This document shows positions 19,141-29,636 of a DNA stretch of 64,000 nt, piece after piece. Source of the DNA: an uncultured Ruegeria sp. (lineage in GTDB: Bacteria > Pseudomonadota > Alphaproteobacteria > Rhodobacterales > Rhodobacteraceae). The notes under the pieces are model-generated. The model did not search any database. It saw nothing but the letters and a program-made list of their open reading frames with translations, and was not told the origin of the DNA. The DNA lies in assembly GCF_947497005.1 (NCBI RefSeq), contig NZ_CANMFF010000004.1:252818-316817 (forward strand), read 5' to 3'. The position numbers and the translations under genes are program-made. Within the stretch, counting starts at the first letter, position 1; the number at the start of each line of letters is the position of its first letter.

Positions 19141-19238
19141 ACAGGGTTCTTCACAAGAACATCCTCGCGATTTTGTGCAGCCCGTGCAAGATTGCACAAG
19201 TTGCAAGTTTCAATTTTCGTGTAAGTTCCTGATTTTAT

Positions 19239-19315
19239 TGGTCGGAGTGAGAGGATTCGAACCTCCGACCCCTGCCTCCCGAAGACAGTGCTCTACCAGG
19301 CTGAGCTACACTCCG
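19239..19315 (-). tRNA. tRNA-Pro (anticodon CGG)
   Basis: CGGAGTGTAGCTCAGCCTGGTAGAGCACTGTCTTCGGGAGGCAGGGGTCGGAGGTTCGAATCCTCTCACTCCGACCA; 77 nt with encoded CCA. Confidence 0.97.
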
Positions 19316-19432
19316 ACCGTGGCCGGTGATCTATACGCGACGTTTCCGATGCGCAAGTGGATTCTATAGAGCGGTCACCTGAATCCTGTGGCGAAAAACC
19401 TTAAGGGAATGCGCTTCGAACCCAGGCTTCGA

Positions 19433-20548
19433 TCAGTGCAATGTGTCTGTTTTGTACAGGCGGATCTTGGTGCCGCCGTGGTCCACCACCGGGCCTGGTG
19501 CCAGTAAAGGCAGGCGAGTCGCCCGAGCAAGAGCGGGGGTGCTGGTTATTACTCCGACACGCCATCCCTGAAACCGACTCATAAGGGCTTTGCCCAAGGC
19601 TCCATAGACAGAACGCAAGCGTTTTTCGTCCCCAATTCGCGCTCCGTAGGGCGGGTTCACGATGACCAATCCTGCGGGACCTTCAGGGGGTTTGATGTCA
19701 CTGACAGAACGTTGTTGAAATCGTGTCCAAGCGCTGACTTGTGCCCTCTCGGCATTGGCAGTTGCTGCATCAATTGCACCGGTGTTTCGGTCCGAGCCGT
19801 GAAAGGTGACAGGACATTCTGCCGTTGTCGTTCCCCTTCGCATCGCTTGCCACTGGTCAGGATCGAAGCCAGCCAGCTGTTCGAATGCAAAACTGCGGGA
19901 CCGGCCGGGGCGCAGACCCAATGCGATCTCGGCGGCCTCGATCACGAATGTGCCCGACCCGCACATCGGATCCAGTACGGGTTCGTCGCCGCTGTAGCCG
20001 CAATCCCTAAGGAACATTGCGGCCATAGTCTCGCGCATCGGAGCTTTGGCAATCGCTTCTTTATGACCGCGCTTGTGTAAAAGCTCACCAGAGCTATCGA
20101 CCGAGATTGTGCAAATGTCTTTCTCGATTCGCAGCAATATCCGAATGTCGGCGTCGGCCGAGATCGGAGCGCCCAATGTCTCGGAAATTGCACGCTCGAT
20201 CCTCTGACGGGCCGCGCCAGCATGGTAAATTCTGGATTTTCGGCTGGTGGCTTCGACTTTGACCGGAACATCTGGAAGCAAGACATCGCTCCAGGGAAAC
20301 TTACGCGCGCGTTTATCCAGTTGGGCCAGATGCACAGCCGGGAATCTGCCCAGACGGACAAGTACCTTGTTGGCACCTCGCAACGTCAGGTTGGCGCGCC
20401 AGACTTCGGGCCAGGGTCCCCGGCACGTCACGCCACCCTGTATGGTTTTGACCTCTGCGAACCCGTGGGATTGCGCCTCGGCACTAAGAGGTGCTTCAAG
20501 GCCTGGCGTAGCCACCAGAAAGATTTCCAAGTCTGTGTCTTTTTCCAT
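19433..20548 (-). CDS. THUMP-domain class I SAM-dependent RNA methyltransferase (RlmL-like)
   Basis: LHKRG, APMRETMAA, DPMCGSGT, NPPYG. Confidence 0.9.
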   Translation of the reverse strand: MEKDTDLEIFLVATPGLEAPLSAEAQSHGFAEVKTIQGGVTCRGPWPEVWRANLTLRGANKVLVRLGRFPAVHLAQLDKRARKFPWSDVLLPDVPVKVEATSRKSRIYHAGAARQRIERAISETLGAPISADADIRILLRIEKDICTISVDSSGELLHKRGHKEAIAKAPMRETMAAMFLRDCGYSGDEPVLDPMCGSGTFVIEAAEIALGLRPGRSRSFAFEQLAGFDPDQWQAMRRGTTTAECPVTFHGSDRNTGAIDAATANAERAQVSAWTRFQQRSVSDIKPPEGPAGLVIVNPPYGARIGDEKRLRSVYGALGKALMSRFQGWRVGVITSTPALARATRLPLLAPGPVVDHGGTKIRLYKTDTLH

Positions 20549-20846
20549 TCCGGTTGCTTACACTGGAAGTTCGGTGGGCGCGACACGCAATTTTACAGGG
20601 CGGATTTGGGGGATATGATCGATAAATCGCAGAAATGTGTGACTCATTCTTAACTTTTGGCGGTAACAGGTTTGCGTTTGTGACCATCCCCGCGTAAAGG
20701 GTCCATGATCGGAAATACGCCTGCGGATTTTGGACCGTTTTCGACGCTTTTGCGACGAAGGCTTGAAAAAACCGGGCTATTGCATAACCCCGAAAGGGCG
20801 TTGGCAAAGCTGGCGCAGACAAAGAGGCTTGGAAGAACGTAGCGAC

Positions 20847-22190
20847 ATGCAAACTTTCAAACTGAAAAAAGGGCTGGATCTGCCCGTGGAAGGCGCTCCT
20901 GACCAGACCATTCACCCGGGTCCGAAATATACGACGGTTGGCGTGCTAGGTGGTGATTACATCGGCCTGAAACCAAAGATGTTGGTGCAGGAAGGCGACA
21001 GTGTAAAACGTGGTGCGCCGTTGTTCTGTCACAAGGACGCGCCCGACGCGATGATGGTCGCACCGGTCAGTGGAACGGTAATCGCTATCAACCGTGGTGC
21101 CCGCCGAGTGCTTCAAAGCGTCGTGATCGAGGTTTCCGACGTCAACGACACAGGCATGGATTTCTCGGGCGTTGGCGATGCGGACAGCGCTGAAGGCGTG
21201 ACCGCCAAACTGTGCGCTGCAGGCTTGTGGACCTCGTTCCGCACGCGGCCATATTCGAAAATGCCTGAACCTGGCGCTAAGCCGAATGCGATATTCGTAA
21301 CCGCCATGGATAGTGATCCTCTGGCCGCCGACGCCGCCGTGATCATCGCCGCGGCAACCGAGGCCTTTGCCGCCGGACTGACGACGATAAGCAAGTTGAC
21401 CGATGGTAAAACCTATCTCTGCCAGAAAGAAGGTGACGCACTCCCCGGTGCAGACGTAGCCGGTGTTGAAGTCGCGGCATTTGCCGGTCCTCATCCATCG
21501 GGCTTGGCCGGAACCCATATTCACTTTCTTGAACCGCTTGCGGGTGACAAACAGGTCTGGACCATCAGTTATCAGGACGTCATCGCAATTGGCCGCCTGA
21601 TGCAGACCGGACATCTGGACCCAAATATTGTGGTCGCTCTGACCGGCCCCGGTGCGCGTCAGCCGCGTTTGATCCGCACCGTCATGGGCGCATCGACCGA
21701 CGAACTGACCCGAGACGAAATCAACTTGGATGGCACCCCCCGTATCATTTCGGGCTCGATCCTGTCTGGCCAGAAAGCAGACGGCCCTACCGCCTATCTG
21801 GGCCGGTTTGCCCGCCAGATCAGCATCATCCGGGAAGATCCCGACCAAATTCCGATGGGCTGGATTCGTCCGATGCCGTCGAAGTATTCGGCCCAACCGG
21901 TTTTGGGTTCGGCATTCGCAAAGAAGCTGTATGCCTTCACATCAAACTTGAACGGCGGACGCCGTGCGATGGTGCCGACGGGTATCTTCGAAGAGTTGAT
22001 GCCGCAGGATTACTTGCCAACTCAGTTGCTGCGGGCGTTGCTGGTTATGGATACCGATACAGCACAGGCACTGGGTGCGCTGGAGCTGGACGAAGAGGAT
22101 TTGGGCCTTGCGGGATTTGCCTGCCCGGCAAAATATGAATACGGGTTGGCGCTGCGCGACTGCCTGACCAAGATTGAAAAGGAGGGCTGA
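20847..22190 (+). CDS. nqrA: Na+-translocating NADH:quinone reductase subunit A
   Basis: 447 aa from ATG 20847 (MQTFKLKKGLDLP); GPHPSGLAGTHIHF, ALGALELDEEDL, CPAKYEYG. Confidence 0.96.
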   Translation: MQTFKLKKGLDLPVEGAPDQTIHPGPKYTTVGVLGGDYIGLKPKMLVQEGDSVKRGAPLFCHKDAPDAMMVAPVSGTVIAINRGARRVLQSVVIEVSDVNDTGMDFSGVGDADSAEGVTAKLCAAGLWTSFRTRPYSKMPEPGAKPNAIFVTAMDSDPLAADAAVIIAAATEAFAAGLTTISKLTDGKTYLCQKEGDALPGADVAGVEVAAFAGPHPSGLAGTHIHFLEPLAGDKQVWTISYQDVIAIGRLMQTGHLDPNIVVALTGPGARQPRLIRTVMGASTDELTRDEINLDGTPRIISGSILSGQKADGPTAYLGRFARQISIIREDPDQIPMGWIRPMPSKYSAQPVLGSAFAKKLYAFTSNLNGGRRAMVPTGIFEELMPQDYLPTQLLRALLVMDTDTAQALGALELDEEDLGLAGFACPAKYEYGLALRDCLTKIEKEG

Positions 22191-22195
22191 TCCAA

Positions 22196-23404
22196 ATGGG
22201 TTTGCGCAGCTTCTTCGATCGGATCGAGCCGAACTTTACCAAGGGCGGCAAGTACGAGAAATATTTCCCTATCTACGAGATGGTGGAAAGCTTTATCTAC
22301 ACTCCGAAAACTGTGACCACCGTCGCCCCTCATGCGCGATCTTACGTGGATATGAAGCGAATCATGACTTATGTCGTGATCGCGACGATCCCCTGCATTC
22401 TGTGGGGCATGTACAATACCGGCTACCAAGCCAATTCGGCTATAGCTACGCTGGGGCCTGACTCGGCCACCGGTTGGCGGATTGCCATTCTGCAGACATT
22501 TGGCATCTCACTGAACCCTGACAGCATCTTTGCCAACGTCATGCACGGGCTGATGTACTTCCTGCCGATCTATATTGTCACGCTGGTGGCGGGTGGCATC
22601 TTCGAGGTCATTTTCGCGACCGTTCGCGGACACGAGGTAAACGAAGGCTTCCTTGTTACATCAATGCTGTACACACTGATCATGCCCGCAACCACGCCCC
22701 TGTGGCAGGTTGCTTTGGGGATTATCTTCGGAGTCGTGATTGGTAAGGAAGTGTTCGGCGGCACCGGAAAGAACTTCCTCAACCCGGCGTTGGTCGGGCG
22801 TGCCTTCCTGTACTTCGCTTATCCGGCGCAAATGTCAGGCGATGCGGTCTGGACTCCGGTTGACGGGTTCTCGGGCGCAACAGCTTTGGCCGTATCGGCA
22901 GCTGACGGTGTTCAGGCATTGGCCGCCGAAGGCATCACCTGGTCGAGCGCGTTCTTCGGCCAAATTCAGGGCAGCTTTGGTGAAACGTCAACACTGGCCT
23001 GCATGATCGGTCTGGCCTTCTTGCTGATGACCAAGATCGCCAATTATCGCTTGATCGTTGGCTGTTTGGCCGGAACGATCGGCTTTACTCTGCTTCTGAA
23101 CCTGATCGGATCGGACACGAACCCGATGTTTGCGATGCCATGGTACTGGCATATTGTACTGGGTGGTTATGCTTTCGGACTGGCCTTTATGGTGACCGAA
23201 CCGGTCTCGGCCAGCCACACCAATGTGGGTCGCTATATCTACGGCGCTCTGATTGGTGTCATGGTTGTGATGATCCGCGTGATCAATCCGGCTTTCCCTG
23301 AAGGCATGATGCTGGCAATCCTGTTCGGGAACGTCTTTGCACCGCTGATCGACTATTTCGTCGTGCAAGCCAACATCAAACGGAGGGCGCGTCGTCATGT
23401 CTGA
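22196..23404 (+). CDS. nqrB: Na+-NQR subunit B
   Basis: GKEVFGGTGKNFLNPAL and FMN-Thr motif DGFSGAT. Confidence 0.96.
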   Translation: MGLRSFFDRIEPNFTKGGKYEKYFPIYEMVESFIYTPKTVTTVAPHARSYVDMKRIMTYVVIATIPCILWGMYNTGYQANSAIATLGPDSATGWRIAILQTFGISLNPDSIFANVMHGLMYFLPIYIVTLVAGGIFEVIFATVRGHEVNEGFLVTSMLYTLIMPATTPLWQVALGIIFGVVIGKEVFGGTGKNFLNPALVGRAFLYFAYPAQMSGDAVWTPVDGFSGATALAVSAADGVQALAAEGITWSSAFFGQIQGSFGETSTLACMIGLAFLLMTKIANYRLIVGCLAGTIGFTLLLNLIGSDTNPMFAMPWYWHIVLGGYAFGLAFMVTEPVSASHTNVGRYIYGALIGVMVVMIRVINPAFPEGMMLAILFGNVFAPLIDYFVVQANIKRRARRHV

Positions 23405-24212
23405 TACGCAATCCCCAGAACCAAAAGGCGCACTGGCCAAATTCCTGGCGGCCTCACCGGATTCGGTTGGCAAAACAATCTTCGTCGCCGTTGCCGTTTG
23501 CCTCGTTGCCTCAATGGTCGTGTCCGCCGCTGCAGTCAGCCTGCGCCCGGTGCAGGAAGCTAACCGCCTGAAGGACAGGCAGGTCAACGTACTTCAGGTC
23601 GCCGGAGTGTTCGAGCCTGGCATTGACGTGACCGAAGCGTTTGCCGCGTTCGAGCCCCACGTGCTGGAGCTGTCCACTGGTGAATTCGTCGATGATCAGT
23701 TCGATCCGACTACGTTCGACGACACCGCCGCCGCCAGCGACCCTGAGCTGAGCGTTGCACTGGACAACGATCCAGCAGGCATTGGGCGCAAGTCGAAATA
23801 TCGCGTTATCTATCTGTTGCGAGATGACACGGGCGGGTTGGATAAGGTGATCCTGCCGCTACACGGTTATGGCCTTTGGTCCACGCTTTACGGGTTCATT
23901 GCGCTGGAAAACAACGGCAACGACATTTTCGGCCTGCAGTTTTACCAGCATGGCGAAACCCCCGGTCTTGGCGCCGAGGTGGACAACCCACGCTGGAAAG
24001 CACTGTGGAGCGGTAAGAAACTGCGCGACGACGCGGGCGAGTTGCAGATCACCGTCGCCAAGTCGCAACCCGCCGCAGGGCCAGACTTCTATGTCGATGC
24101 ACTGGCGGGTGCCACGCTGACTTCCGTTGGTGTCGACAACCTGGTGAAATTCTGGATGGGTGATGCGGGCTACGGTCCTTTTCTGGCCAACCTGCAAGCA
24201 GGAGATTTCTGA
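23397..24212 (+). CDS. nqrC: Na+-NQR subunit C
   Basis: [23 protein letters not shown]. Confidence 0.96.
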   Translation: MSDTQSPEPKGALAKFLAASPDSVGKTIFVAVAVCLVASMVVSAAAVSLRPVQEANRLKDRQVNVLQVAGVFEPGIDVTEAFAAFEPHVLELSTGEFVDDQFDPTTFDDTAAASDPELSVALDNDPAGIGRKSKYRVIYLLRDDTGGLDKVILPLHGYGLWSTLYGFIALENNGNDIFGLQFYQHGETPGLGAEVDNPRWKALWSGKKLRDDAGELQITVAKSQPAAGPDFYVDALAGATLTSVGVDNLVKFWMGDAGYGPFLANLQAGDF

Positions 24213-24865
24213 TGTCTCAGACCAAGAAAGAGCTGTTGGTCGACCCGCTTGTCGACAACAACCCGATCACATTGCAAGTGCTGGGCATCTGTTCAGCATT
24301 GGCGGTCACCTCGTCGCTGCAGGTGTCGATGGTGATGGCACTGGCGGTGATCTTCGTGACTTCGTTCTCGTCCTTCTTCATCTCGTGCCTGCGCAACCAG
24401 ATTCCGGGTTCGATCCGGATCATTGTGCAGATGGTGATCATCGCCTCGCTGGTGATCCTGGTGGATCAGATACTCAAGGCTTACGCGTTTGAGATCTCGA
24501 AAACCTTGTCGGTTTTCGTCGGCCTGATCATCACCAACTGTATCGTGATGGGCCGCGCCGAGGCGTTTGCCATGAAGAACCCCCCGGTCGCGTCCTTCAT
24601 TGACGGGATGGGCAACGGGATGGGCTATGGCCTGATCCTTCTGCTGGTCGGCTTCATTCGCGAGCTTTTCGGTGCCGGATCTCTGTTTGGCGTCACCATT
24701 TTGGAAACCGTTAACAACGGTGGCTGGTACGTGCCCAACGGTATGCTGCTACTACCGCCCTCAGCTTTCTTCATCATCGGCCTGATCATTTGGGCCTTCC
24801 GTACATGGAAGCCGAGCCAGGTCGAAGACCGTGAATATAAAATCCAGCAGGCAGAGGCACACTGA
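24212..24865 (+). CDS. nqrD: Na+-NQR subunit D
   Basis: [31 protein letters not shown]. Confidence 0.96.
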   Translation: MSQTKKELLVDPLVDNNPITLQVLGICSALAVTSSLQVSMVMALAVIFVTSFSSFFISCLRNQIPGSIRIIVQMVIIASLVILVDQILKAYAFEISKTLSVFVGLIITNCIVMGRAEAFAMKNPPVASFIDGMGNGMGYGLILLLVGFIRELFGAGSLFGVTILETVNNGGWYVPNGMLLLPPSAFFIIGLIIWAFRTWKPSQVEDREYKIQQAEAH

Positions 24866-25473
24866 TGGAAGGGCTTATCTCTCTGGCCGTAAAGGCCATC
24901 TTTGTCGAAAACCTCGCGCTTAGCTTTTTCCTTGGCATGTGTACCTTCATCGCCGTGTCGAAAAAGATTTCGACCGCGCTGGGTCTGGGAATTTCCGTGA
25001 TGGTCGTGCAGGCGATCACTGTTCCCACCAACAACCTTCTGCTGACCTATCTGCTGAAGCCGGGCGCGCTGGCATGGGCTGGCTTTCCGGATGTTGATCT
25101 GACCTTCCTTGGCCTGATCTCGTATATCGGCGTAATCGCGGCGATGGTTCAGATCCTCGAGATGATCCTGGATAAGTACTTCCCGCCGCTTTACAATGCA
25201 TTGGGGATTTTCCTGCCGCTGATCACCGTGAACTGCGCTATTCTGGGTGGTTCGTTGTTTATGGTCGAACGCGATTACAACTTTGCCGAAGCGACGACCT
25301 ATGGCCTGTCTTCCGGGTTCGGTTGGGCGCTGGCGATCACCGCGATGGCGGGCGTGCGCGAAAAACTGAAATATTCGGATATTCCGGACGGCTTGCAGGG
25401 TCTGGGCATCACTTTCATCACCGCGGGACTGATGGCGATGGCCTTCATGTCCTTCTCGGGCGTGAAACTGTAA
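24865..25473 (+). CDS. nqrE: Na+-NQR subunit E
   Basis: [27 protein letters not shown]. Confidence 0.96.
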   Translation: MEGLISLAVKAIFVENLALSFFLGMCTFIAVSKKISTALGLGISVMVVQAITVPTNNLLLTYLLKPGALAWAGFPDVDLTFLGLISYIGVIAAMVQILEMILDKYFPPLYNALGIFLPLITVNCAILGGSLFMVERDYNFAEATTYGLSSGFGWALAITAMAGVREKLKYSDIPDGLQGLGITFITAGLMAMAFMSFSGVKL

Positions 25474-25483
25474 GGAGGCGTCA

Positions 25484-26707
25484 ATGGAAACGTTTAGCCT
25501 GGGCGTCGTCCTTTTCACCCTTATCGTTCTGGCGCTGGTGGCCATCATCATGGCCGCGCGCTCGAAACTGGTCTCGACCGGAAATGTGAACATCACCATC
25601 AATGGTGAGAAAACCATCGCCGTGCCAGCGGGCGGCAAGCTACTGCAAACACTGGCGGCTGAAAAATTGTTTGTACCTTCGGCCTGTGGCGGCGGCGGCA
25701 CTTGTGCGCAATGCCGTGTACGTGTGCACTCCGGTGGTGGGTCGATCTTGCCGACCGAAGAAAGCCATATCACGAAACGCGAAGCGTCGTGCGGTGATCG
25801 CCTGTCCTGTCAGGTTGCTGTGAAGCAGGATATGGACATCGAAGTTCCTGAAGAAGTCTTTGGGGTCAAGAAATGGGAATGTACCGTCCGCTCGAACGAA
25901 AACGTGGCGACTTTCATCAAGGCGCTGACTCTGGATTTGCCCGAGGGCGAGGACGTGAACTTCCGCGCCGGTGGTTATATCCAGATCGAGGCCCCGGCGC
26001 ACCAGTTGAAATACACCGATTTCGACGTTGAGGCAGAGTACCGCGAAGATTGGGACCGGTTCAATCTGTGGCAGTATGAATCGGTCGTGAACGAACCGAT
26101 TGAGCGGGCCTATTCGATGGCCAACTACCCAGACGAGAGGGGCATGATTATGCTGAACGTCCGGGTTGCCTCACCGCCACCGGGGTCCGAAGGTATCCCG
26201 GCCGGTCAGATGTCGTCGTATATCTTCAATCTGAAACCGGGCGACAAAGTCACGATCTCGGGCCCGTTTGGTGAATTTTTCGCCCGCGAGACGGGAAAAG
26301 AGATGGTGTTCATCGGTGGCGGTGCTGGCATGGCGCCGATGCGCAGCCACATATTCGATCAACTCAAGCGTCTTGAGAACCGTGATCGCAAGATCAGTTT
26401 CTGGTACGGTGCGCGGTCGAAGAAAGAGATGTTCTTCGTCGAGGACTTCGACACGCTGGCCGAAGAGTTCGACAATTTCGAATGGCACGTGGCCCTGTCG
26501 GATGCCCAGCCTGAGGATGACTGGAAAGGCTATACAGGCTTCATCCACAACGTTCTGTTCGAGGAATACCTCAAGAACCACCCGGCGCCAGAGGATTGCG
26601 AGTTCTACATGTGTGGTCCGCCGATCATGAACCAGTCGGTCATCAACATGCTGCTGGATCTGGGTGTGGATCGCGAAGACATCATGCTCGACGATTTCGG
26701 CGGGTAA
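25484..26707 (+). CDS. nqrF: Na+-NQR subunit F
   Basis: [36 protein letters not shown], terminal LDDFGG. Confidence 0.97.
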   Translation: METFSLGVVLFTLIVLALVAIIMAARSKLVSTGNVNITINGEKTIAVPAGGKLLQTLAAEKLFVPSACGGGGTCAQCRVRVHSGGGSILPTEESHITKREASCGDRLSCQVAVKQDMDIEVPEEVFGVKKWECTVRSNENVATFIKALTLDLPEGEDVNFRAGGYIQIEAPAHQLKYTDFDVEAEYREDWDRFNLWQYESVVNEPIERAYSMANYPDERGMIMLNVRVASPPPGSEGIPAGQMSSYIFNLKPGDKVTISGPFGEFFARETGKEMVFIGGGAGMAPMRSHIFDQLKRLENRDRKISFWYGARSKKEMFFVEDFDTLAEEFDNFEWHVALSDAQPEDDWKGYTGFIHNVLFEEYLKNHPAPEDCEFYMCGPPIMNQSVINMLLDLGVDREDIMLDDFGG

Positions 26708-26713
26708 GAAACG

Positions 26714-26743
26714 AAAAACCGGCGCTGAATGCGCCGGTTTTTT
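26714..26743. terminator. Bidirectional intrinsic terminator
   Basis: AAAAACCGGCGC-tgaat-GCGCCGGTTTTT between convergent nqrF and the epimerase. Confidence 0.85.
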
Positions 26744-26763
26744 CACTTGGTGACCTGCCAGCG

Positions 26764-27777
26764 CTATTTTCCGTAATAATCCCGATACCACGCGACGAAC
26801 TGGGCAATACCGTCTTTCAGGTCTGTTTGCGGGCGATAATTCGTCAGTCGCTGCAGCAGACGATTGTCAGCCCAGGTGGCATGAACGTCCCCCATCTGCA
26901 TCGGCATGAAGTTCTTAATGGCTTTCTGCCCTACGGCCTCTTCGATGGCTTCTACGAAATCCATCAGACGCACTTTTTCGCCGTTGCCAATATTGACGAT
27001 GCGATAAGGTGCAACGGGTGACAGGCTGTCTCCGTCCTCGATGTCCTCACGGCTGGATGGCCGCACCGGCGGCACGTCGATCAGCAATCTGATCCCCCGC
27101 ACGAGGTCTTCCACATGAGTGAAGTCGCGATACATGTCGCCGTGATTGTAGATATCAATCGGTCGGCCCTCCAAGATCGCGGCAACAAACTTGAAATATG
27201 CCAGATCAGGTCGCCCCCACGTGCCGTAGACCGTAAAGAACCGGAACATGGTTGTCGGCAAATCCCACAGATGGGCATATGAATGCCCCATTGCCTCATT
27301 CGCCTTCTTTGTAGCGGAATAGATGGTCAGTTGGGTGTCGGCCTTTTCCGTCTCGATGAACGGCATCTCTTCGTTGGCACCATAAATAGACGAGGTTGAC
27401 GCCATCAACAGGTGATCGACCTTATGTTGGCGAGCAATTTCCATCACGTTGAACGTCCCGACGACGTTCGATTCAATATAACTGCGGGGAAATTCCAAGC
27501 TGTGTCGTACGCCCGCCTGGGCCGCCAGATGGACGATGACTTGCGGCTGGAATTCCTCGGCGACCTGTAATAGCCGGTCGTCGTTTTCCAATCGATCCTC
27601 AGTTGCGGTAAATTGCGAATTCTGAAGCAGAATCTGGTGTCGCCGCTGTTTCAGGACCACGTCATAATAGTCTGTCATCCCATCATAGCCGTGCACGCGG
27701 TACCCGTCCGCCAAAAGCAGCTTGGCCAGATGGAACCCGATGAAGCCTGCAGAACCCGTAATCAAAACCCGTTTCAT
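26764..27777 (-). CDS. NAD-dependent epimerase (UDP-glucuronate 4-epimerase-like)
   Basis: ITGSAGFIG, HLAAQAGVR, YSATKK, FFTVYGTWGRPD, MQMGDV. Confidence 0.92.
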   Translation of the reverse strand: MKRVLITGSAGFIGFHLAKLLLADGYRVHGYDGMTDYYDVVLKQRRHQILLQNSQFTATEDRLENDDRLLQVAEEFQPQVIVHLAAQAGVRHSLEFPRSYIESNVVGTFNVMEIARQHKVDHLLMASTSSIYGANEEMPFIETEKADTQLTIYSATKKANEAMGHSYAHLWDLPTTMFRFFTVYGTWGRPDLAYFKFVAAILEGRPIDIYNHGDMYRDFTHVEDLVRGIRLLIDVPPVRPSSREDIEDGDSLSPVAPYRIVNIGNGEKVRLMDFVEAIEEAVGQKAIKNFMPMQMGDVHATWADNRLLQRLTNYRPQTDLKDGIAQFVAWYRDYYGK

Positions 27778-27961
27778 AATACCCTCAGAACACGTTTAAC
27801 TCTCATCGTTGATCGAAGGGCACCGCCCCAGACGTTTGCACGACTGTTGTCGAACACTTTGATTGTCATATCTGACATATAGAGGTCTTTGGTCAACACT
27901 CTGCCTATTCAACCAGTTGTTGATTGCTGCCGACGCGCGGGCCGGGTAGGGAACGTGAGAT

Positions 27962-28726
27962 ATGATTACCGATTGGATCAGACGACAGTTCCGGCCCTCC
28001 ACAGACCAGAACACCGATCTTGTGTCGTGCGACATCGCGCCGGCAGAGCAGCTGACGGCTGTCGGCGACATCCATGGGCGTCTCGACCTGCTGCAAGCAT
28101 TGCTGCCGCGGCTAAACGATCAGCGACCTTTGGTTTTCGTCGGTGATTACATTGACCGCGGGCCTTACAGCGCCCAAGTATTACGCCAGCTGCATCATCT
28201 GAGCAAAACATCAGAAGGGCGTGTTCAGTGCCTTCTTGGCAATCACGAAGAAATGCTGTTGCGCTTTGTCGATGATCCTCAGCGTTATATTAATCTTTGG
28301 TTTCACAACGGAGGTTTGCAAACCCTGGCATCTTTCGGAATTCCATTGCCAAGTGAAACCGAGATCAGCGAACACGGGCCTGAGCTTGCCAAACAATTGC
28401 GCCGTGCGATGGGAAAGGATTTGCTCACATGGCTTGCAGATCTGCCGTTGACCTGGACCAGTGGCAATGTTGCACTTGTTCACGCCGCACTGGACCCTAG
28501 GCAACCTCTGAATGAACAATCACGCCAAATCTGCTTGTGGGGACACCCAATGTTTCCTCGGCTTTCACGCTGCGACACCCAATGGGTCGTACACGGTCAT
28601 ACGATAGTAAACCGCCCCCGGATTAGAAATCGGGTCGTATCCATTGACACTGGTGCTTTCGCCTCAGGCCGTTTAACGGCCGTCGAAATCCAAAGCGGGA
28701 GCGTTCGGTTCCTTTCGACCGTGTGA
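27962..28726 (+). CDS. Metallophosphoesterase (PPP Ser/Thr phosphatase-like)
   Basis: GDIHG, GDYIDRG, GNHE, VVHGHT, IDTGA. Confidence 0.9.
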   Translation: MITDWIRRQFRPSTDQNTDLVSCDIAPAEQLTAVGDIHGRLDLLQALLPRLNDQRPLVFVGDYIDRGPYSAQVLRQLHHLSKTSEGRVQCLLGNHEEMLLRFVDDPQRYINLWFHNGGLQTLASFGIPLPSETEISEHGPELAKQLRRAMGKDLLTWLADLPLTWTSGNVALVHAALDPRQPLNEQSRQICLWGHPMFPRLSRCDTQWVVHGHTIVNRPRIRNRVVSIDTGAFASGRLTAVEIQSGSVRFLSTV

Positions 28727-28737
28727 ACGCAAGGGCC

Positions 28738-29262
28738 TTAACCTACGATCATTTGCTTCATGCGAAGGGCTTCGTATTCCAGCTCTTTCAGGCGGAAATG
28801 GACAACGTCTCCGATGGTGATGACACCGCACAAATTGCCGTCGCGCAGCACCGGCATATGGCGAAAACGGCCTTCAGTCATTGTTTTCAGAACGCCATTC
28901 AACAGATCTTCAGGCGTGCAGGTCTTTACATCCTTGGTCATCAGGTCTTCGACCGATTGTGGCAGGGTCTGGCCGGGAGTGTCCGCCATCCGCCGAACGA
29001 TGTCGCGTTCCGACAGAATTCCTTGCAATGCGCCATTCTGATCCGTCACAAGTACGGCACCAATCCGCTTTTCCTTGAGCGTGTTGACCACCGAATGGAT
29101 GGTATCAGTTGGTCGTACCGAAAAAACCGAGTCCCCTTTACCCTCAAGCAGCTTTGCCACGGTTGTTTGCGAGTGCGACAGGTTCGATTCCGTCGATTGG
29201 CTGTACGTCGTTTTGTCAGCCTTGTCGCCGCGCGACGGCGACTGGTATGAGGTTGGAGCCAT
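28738..29262 (-). CDS. CBS domain-containing protein
   Basis: GILSERDIVR, FRHMPV, GVITIGDVV. Start placed at ATG 29262. Confidence 0.9.
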   Translation of the reverse strand: MAPTSYQSPSRGDKADKTTYSQSTESNLSHSQTTVAKLLEGKGDSVFSVRPTDTIHSVVNTLKEKRIGAVLVTDQNGALQGILSERDIVRRMADTPGQTLPQSVEDLMTKDVKTCTPEDLLNGVLKTMTEGRFRHMPVLRDGNLCGVITIGDVVHFRLKELEYEALRMKQMIVG

Positions 29263-29385
29263 GGGCAATCTCCTTATGGTTCTTGCAAAGTCTTTCCCTT
29301 TCACCTTAGCGCAGCTAAACGACCTGTATAGGGTGGAATTGTACGGATCGGCGAAATCGCGGGCGCGGAAAGGAAGTTTGAGCTT

Positions 29386-29571
29386 TTGAGTGAACTCTAT
29401 CTTACTCCGCCCATAGCTGCGTTGATCTTTTTTGCAGTTGTTGTCAGCGGTCACAATTTTCGCATGGCGTGGAAACAACAATCGCCAGGTTGGCAAAAGC
29501 GTGCGTGGTTGTTCGGTGTACCTGCGGGGATTGGTCTTTTGATGTTGGGCTTTCTACCGCTTAAGATGTGA
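29386..29571 (+). CDS. Small two-TM hypothetical protein (61 aa)
   Basis: Two hydrophobic helices around WKQQSPGWQKRAW; non-ATG start; 65 bp before apbE. Confidence 0.55.
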   Translation: MSELYLTPPIAALIFFAVVVSGHNFRMAWKQQSPGWQKRAWLFGVPAGIGLLMLGFLPLKM

Positions 29572-29636
29572 TCGCAGTTTGACTCTGGCGAGGGCCACTG
29601 GCATATGCCGGGCACAGAATTTCCCGGAGATCGCCC

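Noticed and set aside
18719-19369. ORF-track plus-strand ORFs near the tRNA
   Set aside because: No motifs, and one overlaps the tRNA antisense; the minus-strand integrase-like stub explains the region better.
20730-20846. 39-aa N-terminal extension of NqrA in the ORF track
   Set aside because: NqrA homology starts at MQTFKLKKGLDLP (20847), giving the typical 447 aa.
20946-25773. Long minus-strand ORFs (316 aa at 20946-21896, 382 aa at 24625-25773)
   Set aside because: Antisense to nqr genes; expected from GC-rich codon bias.
29263-29496. 252-aa version of the CBS protein
   Set aside because: The extension overlaps the divergent 61-aa ORF and looks non-coding; ATG 29262 is preferred.
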